NCBI GenBank assembly: GCA_035274925.1 | Contig: DATENS010000253.1 | Location: 3,266 to 67,265 of the forward strand | Origin: Pyrinomonadaceae bacterium | GTDB taxonomy: Bacteria > Acidobacteriota > Blastocatellia > Pyrinomonadales > Pyrinomonadaceae | Direction of reading: 5' to 3' | DNA length: 64,000 bases | In this document: in pieces, positions 16,816 through 25,706 of the stretch | Position numbering within the stretch: the first letter of the stretch is position 1 | Layout: each line of letters opens with the position of its first letter | The notes under the pieces: generated by a model | What the model was told of the DNA's origin: nothing | The model's input: the letters and a program-made list of their open reading frames with translations, nothing else | The model's database searches: none | Made by a program: the position numbers and the translations under genes

Positions 16816-18945
16816 TCAATTTGCCAGCCCCATCTGCCACAACATGAACGAGTAGTCGAACGCGGTTTCGCGAATCGCGTCGTAACGGCCTGAGGCTCCG
16901 CCATGTCCGGCGCCCATGTTTGTCTTCAGCAGCAGCGGGTTGCGATCGGTTTTGTAATCGCGCAGTTTCGCCACGAGCTTGGCGCCTTCCCAATACGGCA
17001 CCTGGCTGTCGTTGAGCGAAACCTTCACCAGCATCGCCGGATAATTCGCCTTGTGAATGTTGTCGTAGGGCGAATACTTCTTCATGTATTCGTACGCGGC
17101 CTTCTCGTTGGGATTGCCCCATTCGATGTACTCGCTGGTGGTCAAAGGCAGTGACGCATCGAGCATGGTATTAAGCACGTCAACGAACGGCACCTGGGCC
17201 ACGACCGCCTTGAACAGATCGGGCCGCATGTTCGTCACCGCGCCGACTAACAATCCACCGGCGCTGCCGCCTTGAATTACGAGCCGGTCTTTTGAGGTGT
17301 ACTTGGCGTTCACCATGTGTTCGGCGCAGGCGATGAAATCGGTGAAGGTATTGATCTTGTTCATCATGCGGCCGGCTTCGCGCCAGGGCTCGCCCAGTTC
17401 GCCGCCGCCGCGAATGTGGGCGATGGCAAAGACTACGCCGCGATCAAGCAGAGCCAGCCTGCTGGCTGAGAACCCGGGCGAGATCGAAACTCCATACGAT
17501 CCGTAACCATAGAGCAGCATCGGCGCACTGCCATCCAGCTTCACTGTTTTTCGGTAGACCACCGACATCGGAACCCGGGTGCCGTCCGACGCCGTGGCAA
17601 AAACGCGCTCTGACACGTAATTCGCTTTATCAAAGCCACCGGGCACTTCGGTCTGCTTCATAAGCGTGGCCTTGTGCGTGTTCAGGTCGTAATCAAACAC
17701 CGAGCTGGGAGTAGTCAGCGACTGGTAGTTGTAACGCACCACGGCGGTGTTGAATTCGCGATTGGACGTGAGCCCCGCGGCATAGACAGGTTCCGGAAAT
17801 GCAATCCGGTGTCTCTTGTTTGTTTTGAAATCGATGACTTCGAGCTGCTGCAACCCGTTTTCCCATTCAGACAGCACCGCGTGATCGGCAAAAAGATCGA
17901 TGCCTTCCACTTTCACTGCGGGCCGGTGGGCCACAAATTCTTTCCAGTTCTTCTCGGAAGGATCCGCAACCGGCGCTGTCACCACCCGGAAATTCTTCGC
18001 GCCCTTGTTTGTGCGGATATAAAAGAGGTCGCCGCGATGATCCACGTCGTACTCGTGGTCCGCCGAGCGCGGCACAACGATCTTCAATTCGGCATTCGGA
18101 TTGTTCGCGGGGATGTAACGAAACTCCGTCGAGGTCTTGCTGTACGCTCCCAAAGCGATCAGCGCGCGGTCGCGCGAACGATCGACGCCGATATCAAACA
18201 GCTCGTCCTTCTCTTCATAAACCAGGTCGTACTTGTCCGTGCCGAGCACGTGCCGGAAGAATTTGTCGCTGCGCTTGGTGACCTGATCTTCGGTCACATA
18301 GAAGATGGTTTTGTTGTCCGTCGCCCAGGCGACGTTGTTAACTCGCTCGACCCGCTCGCTGAATAATTCGCCGGTCTTGAGGTTCTTGATGTTCAGCGTG
18401 TACTGACGGTAGCCGGTGTTGTCGGTTGAGTAAGCGAGCAGGTTGCCATCGTCGCTCGGAACGTAGGCGCCAATCGCCATGAACTTCTGTCCCTTGGCCA
18501 TCTCGTTCAGGTCAAGCACGATTTCTTCGGGCGCGTCGAGTTTGCCGTGCTTGCGGCAATAGATCGGGTACTGCTTTCCTTCCACTGTGCGCGTGTAATA
18601 GAAATAATTTCCCCATCGGTAAGGCACGTTCACATCGGTCTGCTTAATGTGACTAAGGATTTCGTTGTAGAGCTTTTCCTGCAGCGCTTCGGTCGGTTTC
18701 ATGACCGTGGAGGTGTAAGCGTTTTCGGCTTCCAGGTGGGCGATCACCGCGGCGTTGGTTTTTTCGCGCAGCCAGAAATAGTTATCGATCAGCCGATCGC
18801 CGTTGATTTCTGTGACCTTTGGTTTCTTTTCGGTTACCGGAGGTTGAAGCATGCTGGAAGCGTTTCCACCCTGGGCCGACGCATTGATAAAGCTCGTCAG
18901 GGAAATCGAGAGAATCAAAAGCAGTAGAAGGATACGATATTTCAT
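16816..18945 (-). CDS. ptrB: S9A prolyl oligopeptidase family, oligopeptidase B-like
   Basis: GAGGAG RBS before ATG 18945, then a signal peptide. GGSAGGLL nucleophile elbow. N-terminal D.YFWLREK..... pattern typical of protease II. Confidence 0.8.
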   Translation of the reverse strand: MKYRILLLLLILSISLTSFINASAQGGNASSMLQPPVTEKKPKVTEINGDRLIDNYFWLREKTNAAVIAHLEAENAYTSTVMKPTEALQEKLYNEILSHIKQTDVNVPYRWGNYFYYTRTVEGKQYPIYCRKHGKLDAPEEIVLDLNEMAKGQKFMAIGAYVPSDDGNLLAYSTDNTGYRQYTLNIKNLKTGELFSERVERVNNVAWATDNKTIFYVTEDQVTKRSDKFFRHVLGTDKYDLVYEEKDELFDIGVDRSRDRALIALGAYSKTSTEFRYIPANNPNAELKIVVPRSADHEYDVDHRGDLFYIRTNKGAKNFRVVTAPVADPSEKNWKEFVAHRPAVKVEGIDLFADHAVLSEWENGLQQLEVIDFKTNKRHRIAFPEPVYAAGLTSNREFNTAVVRYNYQSLTTPSSVFDYDLNTHKATLMKQTEVPGGFDKANYVSERVFATASDGTRVPMSVVYRKTVKLDGSAPMLLYGYGSYGVSISPGFSASRLALLDRGVVFAIAHIRGGGELGEPWREAGRMMNKINTFTDFIACAEHMVNAKYTSKDRLVIQGGSAGGLLVGAVTNMRPDLFKAVVAQVPFVDVLNTMLDASLPLTTSEYIEWGNPNEKAAYEYMKKYSPYDNIHKANYPAMLVKVSLNDSQVPYWEGAKLVAKLRDYKTDRNPLLLKTNMGAGHGGASGRYDAIRETAFDYSFMLWQMGLAN

Positions 18946-19017
18946 TGAAGTCTCCTCTAACAAGGACAAATTGGATTAGGCTGGATACGAACGCACGGTC
19001 CGTTAGTCGTGGACCGT

Positions 19018-19239
19018 TCAACCGCGAAGTGGATCGCCCCAGCCGGATTGGACGTACTTGCCGTCCTTTACGATGCACGGCACAGTGGGATCACCGCCCG
19101 AGTACTTGAACATTTCCGCCCGGAACTCGCGATTGGTCTGGGCATCCCGATCGATAAAGGTGAGGCCTTTCGAGTTGTAATACTCGCGCGCCTGCTGGCA
19201 GTAAGGACAACCGGGTTTGGTGTAAATAATCAGTGCCAA
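19018..19239 (-). CDS. glutaredoxin-like protein
   Basis: 73 aa. MALIIYTKPGCPYCQQAREYY with CPYC active site and TVPCIV motif. Confidence 0.8.
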   Translation of the reverse strand: MALIIYTKPGCPYCQQAREYYNSKGLTFIDRDAQTNREFRAEMFKYSGGDPTVPCIVKDGKYVQSGWGDPLRG

Positions 19240-19333
19240 GGGTGAATCCTCCGTCTGGGGAAGATGGATTTTAGCAGACTGTTTTGAGGTGGGCTACTTT
19301 GCGAGACTGGAGACGGCGCTTTAATTTGTCTTT

Positions 19334-19429
19334 CCCTCTCCCTCTGGGAGAGGGCCAGGGTGAGGGTGTACCGCGGCAAGATAGAAAAGAAAATATTCTT
19401 TGACGTAACCCTATCCCAAAGGGAGAGGG
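19334..19429. repeat. second copy of the CCCTCTCCC/GGGAGAGGG MITE-like family
   Basis: 19334-19368: CCCTCTCCCTCTGGGAGAGGGCCAGGGTGAGGGTG. Inverted end at 19409-19429: CCCTATCCCAAAGGGAGAGGG. Confidence 0.8.
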
Positions 19430-19433
19430 CTCC

Positions 19434-19467
19434 AAAAAAGGGACGAGCGTGCCTCATCGCTCGTCCC
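19434..19467 (-). terminator. rho-independent terminator (minus strand)
   Basis: GGGACGAGCG-8 nt-CGCTCGTCCC (19440-19467) followed on the minus strand by TTTTTT (19439-19434). Confidence 0.7.
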
Positions 19468-19730
19468 TACAGCGTGACAAAAGTAGGTTTTCCGGAATAG
19501 CCCCTCCGGGATAAAACTCAAGTCACGCCGATCTCTCTTAGGCCCTTCTCAATTGGTTAGACGCGAGAGGTGAGTTGCTGGACGAAATTTGTGAGGTGCA
19601 TCCGAGTGACAGAGCGGCTTTGCCCCAAGACTTGTTGTAAGCGAACCCTCGCCGAGCTGCTTCGCAGCTTTTGGCAGAGCCATTACAACAGCACCCGGGC
19701 CTTACAGAGTTGACTTCGAGTAAGGCTCGC

Positions 19731-20549
19731 TTAAAACAAGCGACTAATCGTGGAGAGCGGTTGCAATTGCAGCCCGAACGTGTCCGGGTTCTCGCCGATG
19801 ATTGCGGCGGCGAAAAAGCGCGGCACGTAGTAAACACTCTCGTTTTGGAAGTTCGCATCGAGTTTGTCACGCTGCTCGGTCAGAACGCAGATGCTGCAGG
19901 CACGATTTCCCGGATTAACCAGTAACTCCAAATCGCGCTCGACGTTCGATCCGCCGCGGTTGTAAGCCAGAATGGCCAGGACCTCTTTCATCGGATCGTT
20001 TTCGAATTGCTTGATGCCGGCAGCAATGTAACGCGCCGCGGCGTTGGCCGACTTTTCCACATCCAGAAGATCTTTCGCGCTCAATCCAAAATGCTCGCCC
20101 GTCTTTGGCAGGAACTGGAACATCCCCACGGCGCCGACCGAGTTCGCGGATTGAATATTGACGTATGCCGATTCAACCGCCGGAATGTAGATCCCGATCA
20201 ACGGCGAGACGTTATGGGCCTTGAAGATTCCTCGCAGGGTCGGGGCGAGCGTCTGCCCGCGCTCGAACATGGCGCGCGTGTTTCGTCCGACCTGGTCGCT
20301 CCCGGTGTCGTCCATACGCTGAACGTAGAAATCCACGCTCCGCATGATGGCGGCTTCAAATGCCGGCGTGAATTGATAATTGTTTCCGGACATTTCACGG
20401 CCCAGGCGGCGGGCTTGTTGTGAAACAAAGGCCGCGCGCTGGGCGGGCGTCATCTGCGCGTAGGTTAAGTTCTGTGCTGATGCGGTGGGCGAGGCGGCAG
20501 CCAGCAAAATTGTGACTGCCAGTAAGAGGAAGCTCTTGTTAAGTGTCAT
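19731..20549 (-). CDS. secreted lytic transglycosylase (SLT/GH23) domain protein
   Basis: Signal peptide. IPAVESAY...VGAVGMFQFLPKTG...AYNRG are the SLT motifs. C-terminus is paralogous to the C-terminus of the kinase 21430..23463. Confidence 0.75.
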   Translation of the reverse strand: MTLNKSFLLLAVTILLAAASPTASAQNLTYAQMTPAQRAAFVSQQARRLGREMSGNNYQFTPAFEAAIMRSVDFYVQRMDDTGSDQVGRNTRAMFERGQTLAPTLRGIFKAHNVSPLIGIYIPAVESAYVNIQSANSVGAVGMFQFLPKTGEHFGLSAKDLLDVEKSANAAARYIAAGIKQFENDPMKEVLAILAYNRGGSNVERDLELLVNPGNRACSICVLTEQRDKLDANFQNESVYYVPRFFAAAIIGENPDTFGLQLQPLSTISRLF

Positions 20550-20769
20550 CTGGTTTCTCCCTAAAGATAATAGTGTCTCTCAATTAGTTAAGCGAGATAA
20601 CGCAGTGAAAATGTTCATACCCCTCGCTACCTCTCGGGGTTCTGACCCGCAAGCGAGAAAACCTCGCAAATGTGTTCACTCTTTCTCGATAAACTTTCTT
20701 TCCGGCGAATCAAATTGTTCGAATCTTCAGGCGCGATAAAGATGATAAGATCTCGCGCGAAGTTTGAGC

Positions 20770-21342
20770 ATGATGACAGTAGCCACGTCAGAACTAACCG
20801 GTCTGCTAAGGGATTGGAAGCAGGGCGATCCTACGGCGCTCGAACGGCTGACACCTTTAATCTATGACGAATTGCGCCGCATCGCGCACCGTTATGCCCA
20901 GCGCGAACGCAACGGCCACACCTTGCAGACGACCGCGCTGGTGAACGAGGCATACCTGCGGCTGGCGGGCGCCGAAAAACCTGATTGGCAGAATCGATCG
21001 CATTTCTTTGCGGTCACGGCCCAGGTGATGCGCCATATCCTGATCGATCACGCACGCCGGCGCCGTTATGTGAAGCATGGCGGCGATGTGCAGCAGGTCT
21101 CGCTTGAAGCGGCAGGTTTGATGGCTGAGGAACGAGCGGCTGAGCTGATCAGTCTGGACGAGGCCCTTAATGACCTGGCCCGGATCGATCCGCGCAAGAT
21201 ACGCGTGGTGGAAATGCGTTACTTCGGAGGCCTGAGTTTGGAAGAAACCGCGAACGCTTTGGGAACTTCGGTGATGACTGTGCGCCGGGACTGGCGCGCA
21301 GCGAAAGCGTGGCTTTATAAGGCAGTAAATCGGGAATCGTAA
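20770..21342 (+). CDS. ECF sigma factor, ECF43/TIGR02999-like type
   Basis: TELL..W..GD..A...L.PL.Y.ELRR.A......ER..HTLQ.TALV.EAYLRL... N-terminus is characteristic of this type. C-terminal HTH LEETANALGTSVMTVRRDWR.AKAWL. TTG 20764 is an alternative start. Confidence 0.8.
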   Translation: MMTVATSELTGLLRDWKQGDPTALERLTPLIYDELRRIAHRYAQRERNGHTLQTTALVNEAYLRLAGAEKPDWQNRSHFFAVTAQVMRHILIDHARRRRYVKHGGDVQQVSLEAAGLMAEERAAELISLDEALNDLARIDPRKIRVVEMRYFGGLSLEETANALGTSVMTVRRDWRAAKAWLYKAVNRES

Positions 21343-21397
21343 GTCGTAAATAGGTTGCGCTTTCGATGCGTTACGAGTTGCACAGGCTGAACGTTCT

Positions 21398-21425
21398 ATT
21401 CACGATTCACGATTGACCATTCACT
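21398..21425 (+). repeat. 4 x 7-bp tandem repeat
   Basis: ATTCACG ATTCACG ATTGACC ATTCACT, ending 4 nt before the kinase ATG (21430). Confidence 0.7.
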
Positions 21426-21429
21426 TCTT

Positions 21430-23463
21430 ATGACACCCGAACGTTGGCAAAAAGTTGAAGAAGTCTTGCAGACGACGCTGGATCTTCCTGAGACCGAGCG
21501 TTCGGCGCATCTCGCGCAAGTGTGCGCGGACGATTACGAGTTGCGACAGGAAGCACAGTCACTGTTGGAAGCACACGAAGAGGCCGGCGACTTTCTGGAG
21601 CAACCGGCGCTCGAGCAGGATGCGCGGGTCCTGCTGGGACAAGACGAGCTGGGCCGCATCGCCACGGACATTGGACCTTACCAGGTTATCGATCGCCTGG
21701 GTCGAGGCGGAATGGGAGAAGTCTATCTGGCGCAGGATCGACGACTGGGCCGCCGTGTGGCGCTTAAAGTTCTTCCGCCGTATTTCGTTTCTGATGACGC
21801 GCGTCTACGACGCTTTCAAACCGAAGCGCGCGCCGCTTCCGCCCTGAATCACGGAAACATTCTCACCATCTATGAAGTCGGCCAGACCGACGAGCTACAT
21901 TTCATCGCCACCGAATACATCGAAGGCCGCACGATTCGCGAATTGATCCGGGCCGGGAGTTTGGCGCTGGGCGAAGTCCTCGACATCGCCATCCAGCTGG
22001 TGACGGGCTTATCGGCAGCGCATGCGGCCGGGATCGTTCACCGGGACATCAAGCCTGAGAACATCATGCGTCGCGAGGACGGCGCCCTCAAGATTCTCGA
22101 TTTCGGTATTGCCAAGTTGCTTGAGGAACCTGCGGTCGAGAGTTCCGACTGGACCACTTCAATTCCGAACAGCAAGACCGAAACCGGCGCCTTAATGGGA
22201 ACGATAGGCTACATCTCGCCTGAGCAGGTGCGCGGGCTGGGCATAGACGAGCGCACGGATGTCTGGAGCTGCGGCGTGGTGCTCTTTGAAATGTTAACCG
22301 GGAAAAGACCATTCACCGGTGTCACCAACGCCGATACGATCGTAGCCATTCTCGAAGGAACGCCGCCACCTCTCTTTGAGTCGCGAGTAAGCTCAACCGT
22401 CCTGCGAATGATCGCGCGAGTCGTTGAGAAGGCTTTGAGTAAGCGTGCAGAGGACCGATACCAAACGGCGGACGCACTGCTTGCGGATTTGAAAGCGATT
22501 GAGACTGAGCTCAAACGCGTTCCGGCAGACAAAACCTCAACAGTCATCGGCGCCGGCACGCGTGTCAACGAACTGGCATCGCTGCTGCATCAGCAAGCGA
22601 CTGCTCGCCGGCGCAATCGATTTGTGGCGGCGGCGGCCGTGGCGGCGGTCGTTCTCGCTGTATCGAGTTTCGCGCTTTACCGATACTTCCGATCGGATTC
22701 AGGGCCTCAGGCTCCGCCAGTAAAAAAGATTTACGCGCAGATGAGCGAGGACGAAAAACTGCGTTTCGTTGACGAACAGGAGCAGCGGATTTCTGCGATG
22801 ATCGGCGAGCGTCCCGCCAGGCTCAATGATGAAGCTGTGCGCGTGATCAAAACTCATGTCGACTGGTACGTCGCCCGAAAAGGCGCCAAACCGGGGGACG
22901 AAGGCTTGTCGGGTGTCTATCGACGTGCGCCACCTTATATACCCGTGATTGCCAAAGCCTTTGACGAACGCCGCATTCCGGTCGTGATCGGAGTTTATTT
23001 GCCGATGCTGGAGTCAGCGTACACGCCCTGCTATGAAAATAGTTTTGGCGCAAAAGGTCTCTTTCAGTTTCTCCCGCAAACCGCGCAAAACTACGGCGTG
23101 GCGCGCGCCGACATGTGCGACGTGAACAAGATGGCGCCGGCGGCGGCCCACTACATTGCCGACCGCATGGCGGAACTGGGAGACGATTCGCAGAGCATGA
23201 CCCTGGTGCTGCTCAGTTACAACCAGGGGCCAAACGCCGTACTGGATGCGCTCAGAAGCCTGCGCGAGAGTGACACTAAGTTTGAAAGAAACTATTGGAG
23301 CCTGTTTGCCAACCGCGACAAGTTAAGCCAGTCATTCCGCGAAGGCGCCGGCTATGTTCCCGGCTTCTTTGCGGTCGCGATTATCGGAGAGAATCCTGAA
23401 GCCTTCGAACTTGGCATGCCGCCGCTTTCGAGTCTGGCTAATGACGCGCTGAAGGCTCGTTGA
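21430..23463 (+). CDS. Ser/Thr protein kinase with one TM helix and extracytoplasmic SLT-like domain
   Basis: GRGGMGEVY, HRDIKPEN, DFGIAK, GT.GY.SPEQ (Hanks motifs). TM helix FVAAAAVAAVVLAVSSFALY. C-terminal LPMLESAY...AKGLFQFLPQTA...SYNQG. Confidence 0.85.
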   Translation: MTPERWQKVEEVLQTTLDLPETERSAHLAQVCADDYELRQEAQSLLEAHEEAGDFLEQPALEQDARVLLGQDELGRIATDIGPYQVIDRLGRGGMGEVYLAQDRRLGRRVALKVLPPYFVSDDARLRRFQTEARAASALNHGNILTIYEVGQTDELHFIATEYIEGRTIRELIRAGSLALGEVLDIAIQLVTGLSAAHAAGIVHRDIKPENIMRREDGALKILDFGIAKLLEEPAVESSDWTTSIPNSKTETGALMGTIGYISPEQVRGLGIDERTDVWSCGVVLFEMLTGKRPFTGVTNADTIVAILEGTPPPLFESRVSSTVLRMIARVVEKALSKRAEDRYQTADALLADLKAIETELKRVPADKTSTVIGAGTRVNELASLLHQQATARRRNRFVAAAAVAAVVLAVSSFALYRYFRSDSGPQAPPVKKIYAQMSEDEKLRFVDEQEQRISAMIGERPARLNDEAVRVIKTHVDWYVARKGAKPGDEGLSGVYRRAPPYIPVIAKAFDERRIPVVIGVYLPMLESAYTPCYENSFGAKGLFQFLPQTAQNYGVARADMCDVNKMAPAAAHYIADRMAELGDDSQSMTLVLLSYNQGPNAVLDALRSLRESDTKFERNYWSLFANRDKLSQSFREGAGYVPGFFAVAIIGENPEAFELGMPPLSSLANDALKAR

Positions 23464-23516
23464 TCAGTTCCTCGTGTCTTGCGCAGTGTCCTATTGACTG
23501 AAGTCTGAATTCAGTA

Positions 23517-23687
23517 GACCGCGAAGCGGTCTCGACCTACAGCCCAACGTTGCCGAAGGCTACGTTGGGTCACGCGTCGTCCGCCAACGGCGCAACCCTG
23601 ACAGGGTTGCGAGCGCATGATTGCGCGTGACCCAGGGTTGCCGGAGCGTCAACCCTGGGCTTTGTGTCGAAACCGCTTTGCGGTTTC
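23517..23687. repeat. composite multi-hairpin dispersed repeat, copy B
   Basis: Five hairpins: GACCGC-GAA-GCGGTC, CCCAACGT-tgccgaaggct-ACGTTGGG, CGCAACCCT-gac-AGGGTTGCG, CCCAGGGT...ACCCTGGG, GAAACCGC-ttt-GCGGTTTC. Confidence 0.85.
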
Positions 23688-23798
23688 CAAAAGCGGCGGC
23701 TTGCTGATGAGTTCTCTGACCCAGTTGCGCTTATTGAAACTCGATGCTATCAAATTCGAGATCGCTAATACTGAAATCAGACTCTCAAAACCGAAATC

Positions 23799-25694
23799 AT
23801 GACCAGAATTAGAATTCTCAGCCTGCGCGCAATGCTCACCTCTCTTTTGCTCTTTACCGCTTCGTTTGCGTTCGCAGCGCCGGAGCAACAACTCAAGATC
23901 AATTATCGCCTCGCGATGTCCCAACCCAGCTCGCACTTGTTTGAAGTCTCAATCGAAGTTGAGATTCCGCCGGATGCGAAGCCTGAATCCCTCGATTTTC
24001 AAATGGCGAAATGGTCGCCGGGCCGCTATGCAGTCTTTGATTTTGCCAAGAACGTTCAGGAAGTTCGCGCGCTCGGCGGCATCTGCCCGCGCGCAGGTAT
24101 GCGGTGTAACCTGCCCGACTTTCCGGTGACACGCGTCGATGATCAAACCTGGCGCGTCGCGATGATGAACACGCACAGCGCCACGATTTCTTACAAGGTG
24201 TTCGGCAATGATTTGTCGGGGACGTTTTCGCAGCTTGATGCGCGCCACGCAAATTACAACGGTGGCTCGATCTTCATGTACGTCGTCAATCACAAACAGG
24301 ATCCCGTGCAGCTAGAAATTGACGCGCCCAAAGGCTGGCGCATCGTTAACGGCCGCACCGATCGCCCGGGTCAAACCGAATGGCATTATCCCAATTGGGA
24401 CGTAATGATCGACACGCCGACTGAGATTGCGCCGGACTGGACCGAAGATACGTTTAAGGTCGAGGGAAAAACCTATCACGTGGTCGTGCACTCGTTCGGA
24501 AGCGAAGGCGGGAAGCGCCCAGCCCTGGTGCGCGAGATCGAGAAAATTGTGCGCACTGAAACGGCCATGTGGGGAGCACCCGATTTCGACTCGTACACAT
24601 TTCTGATTCACTTTGCCAACGATGGCCGCTCAGGCGACGGCATGGAACATCTGACCTCAACTCAGATAATTCAACCGGGAAAGCTCGCGGACCTCGGTAC
24701 CTCGGCCGATACGCTTGACACTGTCTCGCACGAGTTTTTTCACGTGTGGAATGTAAAGCGGCTGCGGCCGATAGAGCTCGGACCGTGGGATTTTACGCGT
24801 CCCGCGAACACCCGAGGTCTTTGGATCGCAGAAGGCATTACCAATTACTACGGGCACTTGATGCTGCGACGCGCCGGAATCTGGGACGACAAGCGACTGT
24901 ACGATACGTTGGTGAGACAGATTAGCGAAGTAGACAACGCACCGGGGAGTCGTTTGATGAGTGCGGAGGATTCTTCGCTCTCAGCCCCGTTCATCGACGA
25001 CGCGCCACATGCGCAGGAAACCAATCTCCAAAATACTTCCATTAGTTACTACCCGAAGGGTGAAATCATCGGTGTGGTGCTCGATCTTCTGATTCGGGGA
25101 AAGACGCAGGGCAAGGGATCGCTCGACGACGTCATGCGGCGGATGTATGACGAGTTTTATGTGAAGAGTCCAAACGCGACGTATTACCTGCGCGGGCGTG
25201 GCTACCGTAATGAAGACTTCGAGCGTGTCGTTTCCGAAGTGGCGGGCGCGGACATGAGCGATTTTTTCAAGCGCCATGTGCGCGCAGTGGAACCGCCGCC
25301 TTACGAAGAAGCCTTTGCCCAGGTCGGATTGCGATTCATTCGTGAAGCGAGTGCGCCGGTCACAGTCGGAATCGGTGGAGACGAAAGTGAAAGAATCAAT
25401 TTCAAAATCGCCAGCGTGCGACTGAACTCTCCGGCCGCGGCAGCGGGAATTCAGCAAGGCGACGTCATTACGTCGTTTGGCGGCACACGTCTTAATCCGG
25501 CGAACTTGCAAAAGACAGTCGCTCGTTACAAGCCGGGCGATCAAGTGCCGGTAATCCTCTCGCGCGGCGGTAAGATCGTGCGCCTTACTCTGACGATGGG
25601 CCCGCCCTTGACGTTTAATTTTCGGATTGAGGAAATGCCTAACGCGTCACCGGCAGCGAAGGCGCTTCGTGCGGCGTGGCTGCGCGGAAGATAA
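23799..25694 (+). CDS. M61 family metallopeptidase with C-terminal PDZ domain
   Basis: Signal peptide. HEFFHVWNVKR (HExxH). C-terminal PDZ-like segment ..NSPAAAAGIQQGDVITSFGG. Confidence 0.75.
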   Translation: MTRIRILSLRAMLTSLLLFTASFAFAAPEQQLKINYRLAMSQPSSHLFEVSIEVEIPPDAKPESLDFQMAKWSPGRYAVFDFAKNVQEVRALGGICPRAGMRCNLPDFPVTRVDDQTWRVAMMNTHSATISYKVFGNDLSGTFSQLDARHANYNGGSIFMYVVNHKQDPVQLEIDAPKGWRIVNGRTDRPGQTEWHYPNWDVMIDTPTEIAPDWTEDTFKVEGKTYHVVVHSFGSEGGKRPALVREIEKIVRTETAMWGAPDFDSYTFLIHFANDGRSGDGMEHLTSTQIIQPGKLADLGTSADTLDTVSHEFFHVWNVKRLRPIELGPWDFTRPANTRGLWIAEGITNYYGHLMLRRAGIWDDKRLYDTLVRQISEVDNAPGSRLMSAEDSSLSAPFIDDAPHAQETNLQNTSISYYPKGEIIGVVLDLLIRGKTQGKGSLDDVMRRMYDEFYVKSPNATYYLRGRGYRNEDFERVVSEVAGADMSDFFKRHVRAVEPPPYEEAFAQVGLRFIREASAPVTVGIGGDESERINFKIASVRLNSPAAAAGIQQGDVITSFGGTRLNPANLQKTVARYKPGDQVPVILSRGGKIVRLTLTMGPPLTFNFRIEEMPNASPAAKALRAAWLRGR

Positions 25695-25706
25695 TCCACG
25701 GATGTT

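Noticed and set aside
17674-18366. 230-aa plus-strand ORF
   Set aside because: It is antisense to the oligopeptidase B-like gene and has a low-complexity Arg/Val/His-rich translation.
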